This document shows, piece after piece, positions 27,374-36,419 of a DNA stretch of 64,000 nucleotides. The first letter of the stretch is position 1. Every line of letters begins with the position of its first letter. The position numbers and the translations under genes were made by a program. The DNA is taken from assembly GCA_963997925.1 (NCBI GenBank), contig CAXEOX010000003.1, positions 3,623-67,622 of the forward strand, given 5' to 3'. The notes beneath the pieces are model-generated. The model saw nothing but the letters and a program-made list of their open reading frames with translations, was not told the origin of the DNA and did not search any database. The stretch comes from an uncultured bacterium (GTDB lineage Bacteria; Chloroflexota; Dehalococcoidia; Lucifugimonadales; UBA3495).

Positions 27374-28483
27374 CTACGCGTAAAGTTGGTTCACGTTATT
27401 GTAGCGGGCCGGATCTAATTCCTTACCTTGCAGACCGGGATGGTCCGGCCCGTAACGATGCGCTCGGAATACTCCATTAACCGAACCTGCCTGCCCTCTG
27501 TCCCCAAAATAAGGATTGATGTACTCCCAGACGATTACTTTGTCGGGGGTCACTTCAAAGATACGTCCAGGCGCCCCTTCGCAGATCAGCGTGTTCCCGT
27601 TGGGTTGCCGTTCGGCGCTGCTGATGTTGTAGCTGTAGAAAGAGATGTCAGGGGTGCCCTGATATTCCCAGGCTATCTCGTTGGTGGCCGGATCCACCTC
27701 CAAGATACGAGAACGGCTAGCCCCTCGCCGATGGCACCCGTTGTCGAACATCAATATCCGGCCGTTATCCAAGTAGGTTGGGTGATGCTGATGGTTCACC
27801 TCGCCGGGGCCCCACTTCCAGGTGAAATCTCCGCTGGCCTTATCAACGATTCCAACAGTGCTGGTCTGCCTAAAGCTCACCAGCAGGTTACCGTCGGGCG
27901 TTAGGTTTAAGGCGTTCTGATGGGTCCGCTCCCGTCGGCGTTCCAGAAAGCAGATAACGTCTTCCTCTTCGTTCAGGTGCTCCCAGGACTTCCATTCATA
28001 GACCACCGCGCCATCCGGAGTTATCTCTTGAACCAAGTCACCCAGCATGGGTAGCGAATCTCCGTCGCTCTCGTATCCGCCTACCACTTGGTTTTTCAAC
28101 TCATCGGGTATCGGTACCCACAACAGAACCAGTGTGTTCCCATTGGGTAAGCGCTGGAAATCGTGGTGCAGCATGGAGTCTCGGAAGGACCAAACCGCAT
28201 TGCCGTCCCAGTCCAACTCTAGTATCGACGCCGAGGACCCGCCGAATCTTTCCTCGCCTTCCACTTGGGGTGGACTGGTCCGGAGCAGAAGGTTCCCATT
28301 GGGTAGTAGATACGGATAGCAGATACCCTCCTCCGAATACCACCGGTGGCAGATTCGGCCTTCCATATCTATCAGGTTAGCGTGGTAGCCGCCCCGATTG
28401 GTGGCGACCAGGGTGTAGCCCCGGTACGTTTGTTGGGGCGAACTGTGAATCAATCCAGTTTTGTGATGGAGAGACCAGCCCAT
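27374..28483 (-). CDS. arylsulfotransferase (ASST)-like beta-propeller protein
   Basis: YRGYTLVATNRGGYHANLIDMEGRICHRW..LLPNGNLLL pattern typical of the Arylsulfotran_2-type family. Family-level call only. Confidence 0.5.
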   Translation of the reverse strand: MGWSLHHKTGLIHSSPQQTYRGYTLVATNRGGYHANLIDMEGRICHRWYSEEGICYPYLLPNGNLLLRTSPPQVEGEERFGGSSASILELDWDGNAVWSFRDSMLHHDFQRLPNGNTLVLLWVPIPDELKNQVVGGYESDGDSLPMLGDLVQEITPDGAVVYEWKSWEHLNEEEDVICFLERRRERTHQNALNLTPDGNLLVSFRQTSTVGIVDKASGDFTWKWGPGEVNHQHHPTYLDNGRILMFDNGCHRRGASRSRILEVDPATNEIAWEYQGTPDISFYSYNISSAERQPNGNTLICEGAPGRIFEVTPDKVIVWEYINPYFGDRGQAGSVNGVFRAHRYGPDHPGLQGKELDPARYNNVNQLYA

Positions 28484-28510
28484 GTTTACTCCTTTCTATA
28501 GTGCGGCGCT

Positions 28511-29380
28511 TTAGGTATGCAGGTACTTATCCTGCCACTGAACGAACTCGTCGGTCCGGTTAACCGACCGCAGCAATTCCGAGGTGGCCTGGCGTTCCGC
28601 AAGTTCCTCCAACGGTCCTCCGTCCTTCAGGTGCTTCAAGCTGTCGAATATCGCCTTGACCGTCACGGCGAAGGTGGGGTTGCCCAACATCAGAATCTTG
28701 ACTCCGTTAGCGGCGAGGAACGCCGAGTCGTTACGGATATCTGCCGGGGGGCTCAAGACGCAGATGGGCAAAGAAGTCACCCGGTGCACCGCTTCAAACT
28801 GCTCTCGACTTTGGGTACCGGTCAACATCAGCGCCTCGGCGCCGGTTTGGGAATAAGCTTGGATCCGGTCCAGTGCCTCCTCCAATGACGTTAGACCAAA
28901 GGCGGCGCTGCGGGCCACGATAACCGTGGTGGGGTCAATGCGGGCCGCCACCGCCGCTTCAAGCTTCCCGACCTGCTCCTCTTTGGACACCAGACCCGGA
29001 TCTGCCACATTGAATCGTTTGGCGACGAAATTGTCTTCGATCTCTATGGCCGAAACACCGGCGCCTTCCATCTCTCGAACGGTGCGGGCCACGTTAACCG
29101 CGTTTCCGAAGCCGTCTTCGGCATCCACCATCAAACTCACATCCACCATTCGGGTGATGCGTCGGCAATGGTCCACGACATCGGACATGTTGGTAAGGAC
29201 CCCATCGGGCACTCCCAGATTCGACACTTTGCCCACCGAGCCGGATAAGACGCAGACATCGTAGTCCAGCATGTGGGCGATGCGAGCGGACAGCGGGTCG
29301 AATATGTTGGCTGCCAGAGTGCAATGCGGCCTGGCAATTACGCTACGGAACTGTTCACGGGCGCGTGACATGAAGGACAC
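28511..29380 (-). CDS. isocitrate lyase/PEP mutase superfamily protein, divergent active-site loop
   Basis: VDAEDGFG and GAGVSAIEIEDN.. align to the family. The KRCGH loop of methylisocitrate lyase reads KRFNV here. Confidence 0.7.
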   Translation of the reverse strand: MSFMSRAREQFRSVIARPHCTLAANIFDPLSARIAHMLDYDVCVLSGSVGKVSNLGVPDGVLTNMSDVVDHCRRITRMVDVSLMVDAEDGFGNAVNVARTVREMEGAGVSAIEIEDNFVAKRFNVADPGLVSKEEQVGKLEAAVAARIDPTTVIVARSAAFGLTSLEEALDRIQAYSQTGAEALMLTGTQSREQFEAVHRVTSLPICVLSPPADIRNDSAFLAANGVKILMLGNPTFAVTVKAIFDSLKHLKDGGPLEELAERQATSELLRSVNRTDEFVQWQDKYLHT

Positions 29381-29442
29381 CCCCTTTCAGGTTTTGTTTT
29401 TCCATCGATCTTGGTAGATAGCCGTATCTATCGGCGTTCAGG

Positions 29443-29844
29443 TTAACCTTCGGCCAATTGGAAGGGCAAACCCAAGGAGCTTTCCGGGAGGATGTTAGCG
29501 GTGAGATACCCGTCGGCGCTTCGGCTGACTCCGCTCTCGCCACTGAGCTTGTTGCCTTTGGCGGACAATTCCTGCGCCACCTTCGCAACGTCGTCTACAC
29601 CCCAAGCCAGGTGATATACGCCGGGCCCCTGTTGGGCCAGGTATTTGCCCATGGCCGAATCCGGGTCCAAGGGTTCGGTTATCTCAAAGGTGGTTTGGCC
29701 CACTTTGTAGATGGCGTTGCTCATCCCCCGGCTCTCATAAACCTGTAGCCGGTCCGGCTTCATCCCGAAATTCTTCTCGATGTATTCGACCATGGCGTCG
29801 CGGTCATGAACGAGAATCCGTACATGATGCACAAAATTAAACAT
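29443..29844 (-). CDS. VOC-family protein (glyoxalase/methylmalonyl-CoA-epimerase-like)
   Basis: 133 aa. HHVRILVHD .. GPGVYHLAWGVDD pattern of the paired beta-alpha-beta-beta-beta modules. Confidence 0.7.
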   Translation of the reverse strand: MFNFVHHVRILVHDRDAMVEYIEKNFGMKPDRLQVYESRGMSNAIYKVGQTTFEITEPLDPDSAMGKYLAQQGPGVYHLAWGVDDVAKVAQELSAKGNKLSGESGVSRSADGYLTANILPESSLGLPFQLAEG

Positions 29845-30135
29845 TGCTTCGTCCTCACTTCACTACCGAATCAGTGGGCGCATTCTAGCCTCGGATATGT
29901 GCCTAGTCAATCTGCACGAAGCGGTAACACCGAACTGGGAGACAGTCATTCCGATACCGATCCGATCTTGTCCATACTTAGCCCATCCCCACACGACATA
30001 ACGCGTCACCTGATCTAGCCGCAAGACAAGCAAAACATCGGAATCAACGATACAATACTCCAGCCTGGAAACGGGGCCAGGCCGGCGGATATACCGTCGT
30101 TACCCATTACTCGTCCCGCAGGATTCACCACTACC

Positions 30136-31950
30136 ATGTCAACTGAACAGTCCATACATTGGCTAGATTGGGGCGACGAGGCTTTCCAGCGATCGCTTTC
30201 CGAGGAAAAACCCGTTCTTCTGGCCCTGACCGCCACTTGGTGTCACTGGTGCCACGTGATGGACCAGACATCCTACAGCCATCCCGAAGTGATAAGTCTC
30301 GTCGATTCCAGGTTCGTTCCGGTGCGCGTTGACGTGGACCAGCGCCCGGACTTGTCCCACCGATATAACCAGGGCGGCTTTCCATCGGTCGCCGTCCTGG
30401 ATCATCAAGGCGAACTGATAACCGGAAGGATATACACTCCTCCGGAAGAGATGGTCCAATTCCTTGAGCAAGTAAGCTCCCGGTATCCGGAGACCGGCGA
30501 AGCCGACGGTCATCCCGGTGACGAAGCAACGCCAGTACCGGCTGCCGCGCCATCGGCAGGTGAACCGGGTTCCGAAGTCACCTCGGTACTGCAACGCATG
30601 GAGGAGATGTACGACGCCACCTATGGGGGATTCGGATACGAACCCAAACAACCTCCATGGGACGGAGTGGGACTGCTTCTGGCCCGTTACGGCCACACCC
30701 GGGACAGAAATCTTCTGAGGATGGCGACGACCACGCTGGACGGGATCCAAGCCGGGCTATACGACCAGAACGACGAGGGATTCTTTCGCTACTCAGTGTC
30801 CAGAGACTGGAAGGTGCCCCATTACGAGAAGATGCTTTGCACCAACGCCAGCCTTGCCGTAACCTACCTGGACGCCTACCAACTCACCGGGCGCAAGGCT
30901 TACCGGCAAGCAGGGCTGGGTGCTCTCAAGTACATGCAGGACATCCTCTTTGACCAACCAACGGGGCTTTTCTACGCCAGCCAGGACGCTGGCGAAGCCT
31001 ATTACGCCCTGCCTTGGGGTCACCGGAAAACGGCGGAGAAACCGCGGATAGATCGAACTTTTTATGCCGGTTGGAACGCCCTGGCCGCATCTTCGCTGAT
31101 AAAAGGATTTGGAACGTCCGGAGATTCGTCATATCTCCAGGTAGTCAAGGGAGTGCTGGACCATCTGTGGCAACAGGGATGGAGTAAAGAGGGTGGGTTT
31201 TCCCATGTCTTGGAAGCGCCCGGCCAGCAGTTCAGATACCTATCGGACCAAGTCCATGCGCTTGGAGCATTTCTCTGTCTTTATGAATCGACCGGTAACC
31301 CCGGCGCATTGGAAACGTCGCTCCAAGTGGTGGATTGCATACAAAGGCTATTCGGTGCTTCCGATGGCGGATACCTGGATGTCTGTGACGTTTCCCCAAA
31401 TCCGGACGCCATGCTGAGACCGGTTAAACCCGTACTGGAAAATTCTCTGATGGCGGAGGCGTTGATCCGGCTGTCCCATCTGACTGGCCAAGAAGACTTG
31501 GAGCAACAGGCGCGGGATACCCTGATGCTGTTTCGAGACGTTGCTCCGGGCAGCAGCTACAAGGGCCCACCTGGTTTCCGGCGCATGGAGGAGGACGAGG
31601 AAAGGTTGTACCTGCCAGCAGCGCCGGTTTGGGCCATGGCGTGGGACATGTTGGAGCACGGGCCGGTGGATCTGGTCTTGGTCGGAGCGGCGGCGGATCG
31701 CCGGACTCAACGCCTGCTGAGATCGGCTTTGCGAGTTTTCGCACCCCACAGAATCATCCAAGTGCTGGACCCCCAAGAGGACGAAGTCCGAGTATCGGCC
31801 TTGGGATTCCCTGTGAATACCCCGCCGTCTTTATACGCCTGCATGTCCGGCATGTGTCTGTCGCCGATCCACACACCGGCGCAGGTCAGGAGTTTGGCGT
31901 CGGAGCAACCCTGGTCCCAGTCAGGACGGTTCACGATACGCCTTGGCTAG
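30136..31950 (+). CDS. thioredoxin-domain protein of the DUF255/YyaL family
   Basis: LTATWCHWCHVM motif followed by a long alpha/alpha-toroid-like region. 604 aa. Confidence 0.85.
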   Translation: MSTEQSIHWLDWGDEAFQRSLSEEKPVLLALTATWCHWCHVMDQTSYSHPEVISLVDSRFVPVRVDVDQRPDLSHRYNQGGFPSVAVLDHQGELITGRIYTPPEEMVQFLEQVSSRYPETGEADGHPGDEATPVPAAAPSAGEPGSEVTSVLQRMEEMYDATYGGFGYEPKQPPWDGVGLLLARYGHTRDRNLLRMATTTLDGIQAGLYDQNDEGFFRYSVSRDWKVPHYEKMLCTNASLAVTYLDAYQLTGRKAYRQAGLGALKYMQDILFDQPTGLFYASQDAGEAYYALPWGHRKTAEKPRIDRTFYAGWNALAASSLIKGFGTSGDSSYLQVVKGVLDHLWQQGWSKEGGFSHVLEAPGQQFRYLSDQVHALGAFLCLYESTGNPGALETSLQVVDCIQRLFGASDGGYLDVCDVSPNPDAMLRPVKPVLENSLMAEALIRLSHLTGQEDLEQQARDTLMLFRDVAPGSSYKGPPGFRRMEEDEERLYLPAAPVWAMAWDMLEHGPVDLVLVGAAADRRTQRLLRSALRVFAPHRIIQVLDPQEDEVRVSALGFPVNTPPSLYACMSGMCLSPIHTPAQVRSLASEQPWSQSGRFTIRLG

Positions 31951-31994
31951 ATGACAGGTCCGTCTGATCCCAGCAGACATATACGGAGGAAAAT

Positions 31995-33080
31995 ATGGAC
32001 ATCGGGATCGCGTTCCCTTCATATATCGATGCGTGGCGAGAGGTCCAGGCGGCCGAGGAAGCCGGCTTTACCCACGCCTGGTTCTTCGACTCCCAACTCA
32101 TATATAGCGACGTCTACGCAACGATGGCCCTGGCTGCACAGCACACCAGCCGGATCCGGCTAGGAACCCTGGTAGCGATTCCCACCAATCGCATCGCTCC
32201 GGTGACGGCCTCGGCCATCGCGACCATCAACAAACTGGCCCCGGGCCGGGTGACCTTGGCTATGGGAACCGGGTACACCGGCCGCAACACCATGGGATTG
32301 AACTCGGTTCCCGTGAGCATGTTCAAAGAGTACACGCAACAGGTGGGCGGATTGTTGCGGGGAGAAGACGTCCTGTTCCGTGAAGGAGACCAAGAGCGCT
32401 GGATAAGGTTGGTCCACGCTGACCGGGGCGGCTTCATCAACATCAAAGACCCCATACCGATTTACCTGGCGGCCAACGGGCCAAGGACTCTCAGGGTTGT
32501 GGGAGAGCTTGCCGACGGCTGGGTAACCACTGGGGCGGGACGAAACCTGGACAACGACTACGCTTCGATACGCGAAGCGTCGGAAAAGGCTGGGCGCGGA
32601 ACCGCCAAACCCTACACGGTGGGGTTGATACCGGGCTGCATGTTACGGGATGGGGAGTCGCTGACATCCGAAAGGGTTATGGCGCAAGTGGCCCCGAACA
32701 TCGTCATGAGATCTCATGCCCAGTGGGAGGCCAGCTTCGGTCCGGGGGCGAATCTGGGAGTGCAGGCCAACGCCGACGCCGCTGAAGAATACGACCGGTA
32801 CATCCAGGAGTACGCACGGACCAGCGGAACGCCATCCGACCGGCTTTATCTGGACGTGCACCGGGGGCACATGGTTTTCCTCAAGCCAGGCGAGGAGCGC
32901 TTTGCCCCGCCGGAATACATCGCCCGCACGTTGACCGGAACCAGTCAGCAGATACTGGAAAGACTGGAGGCCATCGAAGCCACCGGCGTCGACAACGTGG
33001 TCATCCCGGTTGTCGATGCCCAAGGGGCAAAAGACCTGATTGAAGGATTCGGCAAAGAGGTGATACCCAAGCGAAGGTAG
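31995..33080 (+). CDS. LLM-class flavin/F420-dependent oxidoreductase
   Basis: AEEAGFTHAWFFDSQ, RIRLGTLVAIPTNR, GRVTLAMGTGYTG. GGAGG lies before the ATG. Confidence 0.85.
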   Translation: MDIGIAFPSYIDAWREVQAAEEAGFTHAWFFDSQLIYSDVYATMALAAQHTSRIRLGTLVAIPTNRIAPVTASAIATINKLAPGRVTLAMGTGYTGRNTMGLNSVPVSMFKEYTQQVGGLLRGEDVLFREGDQERWIRLVHADRGGFINIKDPIPIYLAANGPRTLRVVGELADGWVTTGAGRNLDNDYASIREASEKAGRGTAKPYTVGLIPGCMLRDGESLTSERVMAQVAPNIVMRSHAQWEASFGPGANLGVQANADAAEEYDRYIQEYARTSGTPSDRLYLDVHRGHMVFLKPGEERFAPPEYIARTLTGTSQQILERLEAIEATGVDNVVIPVVDAQGAKDLIEGFGKEVIPKRR

Positions 33081-33117
33081 GGTATCTATAACTAGAAAAT
33101 TAGGCTAAGGAGTACCC

Positions 33118-34161
33118 ATGGACCAATCCCTAGGCCCCCCGCCCGTCACTATGAATCCGGAAAGCCTGAACGCCATGAGCCGGAACTTCTGGAATTCGGC
33201 CATATTGCGGGCTGGCTTAAAGTTGGACGTGTTCGGTCTGTTAGAGAACAATGGTTCGAAGGCGGCTGGTATCAGCGGGAGTGAACTGTCTGAGATAATC
33301 GGTGCCGACGACCGGTTCCTCCACGCATTCCTTGAGGCCTGCGTCGCCCTGGGGTTACTGGAGCAACAAGACGGATCCTACCGAAATTCGCCAGCGGCTT
33401 CCAGCTTTTTGATCAAGGGCAAGGACCAGTACGTTGGAGACTTGATACTTCACATAACCAATCACTGGGAAGGGTGGGGCCGGTTGGACCAGTTAGTCAA
33501 AGAAGGCAAGACACTGCTTCCCTTTGAGGCCGGGTTCGTGGACGTGCCGACGTATTGGACCGACTATATGTTGGGCCAACACAATCGAGCCACATCAGGT
33601 CAGGGCAATGAGTTAGTCCGAAGTGTCGACCTTACGCACAAGAAGAATATGCTCGACCTGGGCGGAGGCGCTGCCAGCTACAGCATAGCCCTCTGCCGTG
33701 CCAACCCGGGCCTCAAAGCGGTAGTTCTGGACCAGAAAGAACCCTTAGTCTTGGCCAGGGGTTTGGTCGACGAACAGGGCCTGCAAGCACAAATAACATT
33801 GCAGGAAGGCGATTTCAACGATGTAGACCCCGGCCAGGGTTACGACGTCGTCCTGATTTCCGGAGTGGTGTTAATCAAGTCCGAAGAGGAGTGCCGGGCT
33901 CTGTTCAGATTGGCCTACAACGTCCTGCAGCCCGGCGGGTTGGTTATCATCCAAGACTTCATGCGCATCGATCACAGCCCACAGCGGAGTTTCATGGACT
34001 CTTTGATGGACATCTACGTCCTGATTGCCTTCGACCCCGGCGCGGGCGATCGTTTCGGCGATGAAGTTGCCGGATGGCTGGGAGACGCCGGCTTCCAGAA
34101 CTTGGAACTGAAACCCTTACCAACCCACTTGGCTTTGGTGTTGGGGGGGAAACCAGAATAG
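33118..34161 (+). CDS. SAM-dependent O-methyltransferase (class I, Methyltransf_2-like with N-terminal dimerisation domain)
   Basis: MLDLGGGAASYSIAL SAM motif and LQPGGLVIIQDF. AAGGAG lies before the ATG. Confidence 0.8.
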   Translation: MDQSLGPPPVTMNPESLNAMSRNFWNSAILRAGLKLDVFGLLENNGSKAAGISGSELSEIIGADDRFLHAFLEACVALGLLEQQDGSYRNSPAASSFLIKGKDQYVGDLILHITNHWEGWGRLDQLVKEGKTLLPFEAGFVDVPTYWTDYMLGQHNRATSGQGNELVRSVDLTHKKNMLDLGGGAASYSIALCRANPGLKAVVLDQKEPLVLARGLVDEQGLQAQITLQEGDFNDVDPGQGYDVVLISGVVLIKSEEECRALFRLAYNVLQPGGLVIIQDFMRIDHSPQRSFMDSLMDIYVLIAFDPGAGDRFGDEVAGWLGDAGFQNLELKPLPTHLALVLGGKPE

Positions 34162-34268
34162 AGGCCAGGTACGGTCCGGGCGCGAATCTGGGAGTGAGTA
34201 CCAACGCCGACGCGGACGGAGAGTACGACAACTACATCCAGGAGTACCCCCAGACCAAGCGAAGATAG
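34161..34268 (+). pseudogene. ~100-nt relic of a second LLM oxidoreductase gene
   Basis: 34161-34261 aligns gaplessly with 32727-32827 inside the intact LLM gene (about four fifths identical by hand count). Translation EARYGPGANLGVSTNADADGEYDNYIQEY vs EASFGPGANLGVQANADAAEEYDRYIQEY. Confidence 0.8.
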
Positions 34269-34377
34269 ACGGTCCTGTCCTACACCCGCTTGCCGCTACG
34301 GTGGCGCCAAGGTATGATTCGGAATCGAATCGCAACGCGCCTCTCAAAATATCCCTACCGAGATCAACGGAGGTTAC

Positions 34378-34767
34378 ATGAGTACTTCAAACAGCGGAAG
34401 AGAGTTGCATATCGTTCATGGCACTGTGTCCCCCGATACGACCACCCAAACGCCAGGCATGATTCGGAAACCTGGAATAGACAGCAATACCGCCGGAGCC
34501 GAGAAGATTTGGCTGGGCCACGTGGAATGCCTGCCCAACACCATGGGGCCGCCCCACCATCACGGCGAGGCCGAAACTGCAGCCTATATCCTCAAAGGCC
34601 ACATACGGGTCTACTATGGCGAGGATTACAAGGAATACGTCGAGGGCGGTCCCGGTGATTTTCTCTTCGTACCCGCCAACTTCAACCACATCGAAGGGAA
34701 CCCATACGACGAACCGGCGGAAGCAGTCCTGTCGAGGGGTCCCGACAACATCGTAATCAATCTATAA
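34378..34767 (+). CDS. cupin-domain protein
   Basis: PPHHHGEAETAAYILKGHIRVYYGE (cupin motif 1) and GDFLFVPANFNHIEGN (motif 2). Confidence 0.75.
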   Translation: MSTSNSGRELHIVHGTVSPDTTTQTPGMIRKPGIDSNTAGAEKIWLGHVECLPNTMGPPHHHGEAETAAYILKGHIRVYYGEDYKEYVEGGPGDFLFVPANFNHIEGNPYDEPAEAVLSRGPDNIVINL

Positions 34768-34782
34768 ACCGGGTTGATTGAT

Positions 34783-36369
34783 ATGGAACAACGTTACCAA
34801 GTAATCATCGTAGGCGGGGGGCCCGTCGGAGTTGCCTTGGCAGTGGACCTTGGCCTTCACGGCATCTCCTGCGGCCTGGTTGAGCGTTATCTAACGCCCC
34901 AGCAGATACCCAAAGGACAGAACCTTACCCAGCGGTCCATGGAGCATTTCTACTTCTGGGGCATCGCCGACGAATTGCGAGCCGCGCGCTTGCTGCCGAA
35001 GGGATACCCCATCGGTGGCATCACCGCCTATGGCGACCTGATGAGCGACCATTGGTACTCACCGGTGGGACGGGAATCCGTAAGATCATATTATCTGCAA
35101 GATAACGAACGGCTTCCCCAATATCGTACGGAAGAGGTGCTTCGCGCCCGGCTAACCGGCATCTCCAACGTAACGACTAATTTTGGATGGTCTGCGGAGA
35201 CTATCGAACAGGACGACAACGGAGTTCGGGTGACCATCGCTGAGGAAGGCGGGTCTGGTAGTCAGGTCCTGAACGCCGAATATGTAGTGGGCTGCGACGG
35301 CGCACGCTCCACCGTGCGGGAATCTCTGGGAATCGACCGCGGCGGCTCGGATTTCGACCAGCGAATGGTTCTGGCCGTGTTCAAGTCGAAGGAACTGCAC
35401 GAGGGTCTAAAGCGCTTTCCGGAGCGGACTACCTATCGCGCCCTGCATCCAGACCTGAAAGGGTACTGGCGTTTCTTCGGACGGATCGACGTGGGGGAAG
35501 GCTTTTTCTTCCACGCCCCGGTGCCGAAGGACACTACTCCCGAGAACTATGATTTCCAAGCCTTGCTACAGATTGCCGCCGGGTTCCCTTTCTCCTGCGA
35601 GTTCGACCACGTCGGGTTCTGGGACCTAAGAGTGGCCGTCGCCAGCACGTACCGGCAAGGACGCGCTTTCATCGCCGGGGACGCCGCCCACAGCCACCCT
35701 CCCTACGGAGCCTTCGGCCTTAACTCGGGTCTGGAGGACATACGAAACTTGGGATGGAAGCTGGCGGCCGCACTGGAAGGATGGGGAGGCGATCCTCTAC
35801 TGGACTCTTATAGCGAGGAGCGGCGTCCCATTTTCGTGCAGACCGGCGAAGATGTCATCGCGGCGCGGATCGAAGCCGACGGCGACTTCTTGGAGCGTTA
35901 CAGTCCGGAACGAGACCGGGATAAGTTCGTAGAAGCCTGGAAACAACTTGAGGTAACCGACGGTTCCCGCTCAGGGTCCTATGAACCGCACTATGAGGGG
36001 TCGTCCGTCGTCTTGGGGGCGCCGGATGCCACATGCGGAATCCATGGACGTCATTCATTAGAAGCTCAGCCAGGCCACCATCTGACTCCCGTACCCCTGT
36101 CCAACGGCCACAACGTCTTCGATGAATTGAGTAAGGGATATGCGTTGTTGGCCTTCGGCGCCGAAGACCGGGCCACTGCTCCCTTCGAAGAAGCCGCACG
36201 GTCCCTCGGAGTTCCTCTTAAAGTGGTGAAGGACTCCTATGAAGGAGGGCGGAAAGCCTACGAGTCGAGGCTGGTTCTGGTACGCCCCGACCAGTATGTA
36301 GTCTGGACGGGAGACGGTCCTCCGCAAGACGCATCGGCGGTGCTGCGTAAAGCCACAGGCATCTCATAG
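34783..36369 (+). CDS. FAD-dependent aromatic-ring hydroxylase (PheA/TfdB-type monooxygenase)
   Basis: VIIVGGGPVGVALA, GCDGARSTVRE, FIAGDAAHSHPPYGAFGLNSGLEDIRNLGWKL. ATG 34783 preferred over TTG 34774. Confidence 0.85.
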   Translation: MEQRYQVIIVGGGPVGVALAVDLGLHGISCGLVERYLTPQQIPKGQNLTQRSMEHFYFWGIADELRAARLLPKGYPIGGITAYGDLMSDHWYSPVGRESVRSYYLQDNERLPQYRTEEVLRARLTGISNVTTNFGWSAETIEQDDNGVRVTIAEEGGSGSQVLNAEYVVGCDGARSTVRESLGIDRGGSDFDQRMVLAVFKSKELHEGLKRFPERTTYRALHPDLKGYWRFFGRIDVGEGFFFHAPVPKDTTPENYDFQALLQIAAGFPFSCEFDHVGFWDLRVAVASTYRQGRAFIAGDAAHSHPPYGAFGLNSGLEDIRNLGWKLAAALEGWGGDPLLDSYSEERRPIFVQTGEDVIAARIEADGDFLERYSPERDRDKFVEAWKQLEVTDGSRSGSYEPHYEGSSVVLGAPDATCGIHGRHSLEAQPGHHLTPVPLSNGHNVFDELSKGYALLAFGAEDRATAPFEEAARSLGVPLKVVKDSYEGGRKAYESRLVLVRPDQYVVWTGDGPPQDASAVLRKATGIS

Positions 36370-36419
36370 TCATACATTTAACTGGCGATCCGATCTGATG
36401 CTAACTTAAGGAGAGCAAC

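Noticed and set aside
28511-29380. PEP-mutase-family gene as the seed of a phosphonate biosynthetic cluster (the Fe-ADH at 20562 also resembles phosphonoacetaldehyde-reductase-type ADHs)
   Set aside because: The EDK-x5-NS PEP-mutase signature is absent. There is no phosphonopyruvate decarboxylase or AEP transaminase, and the ADH is 7 kb away on the other strand among unrelated genes.
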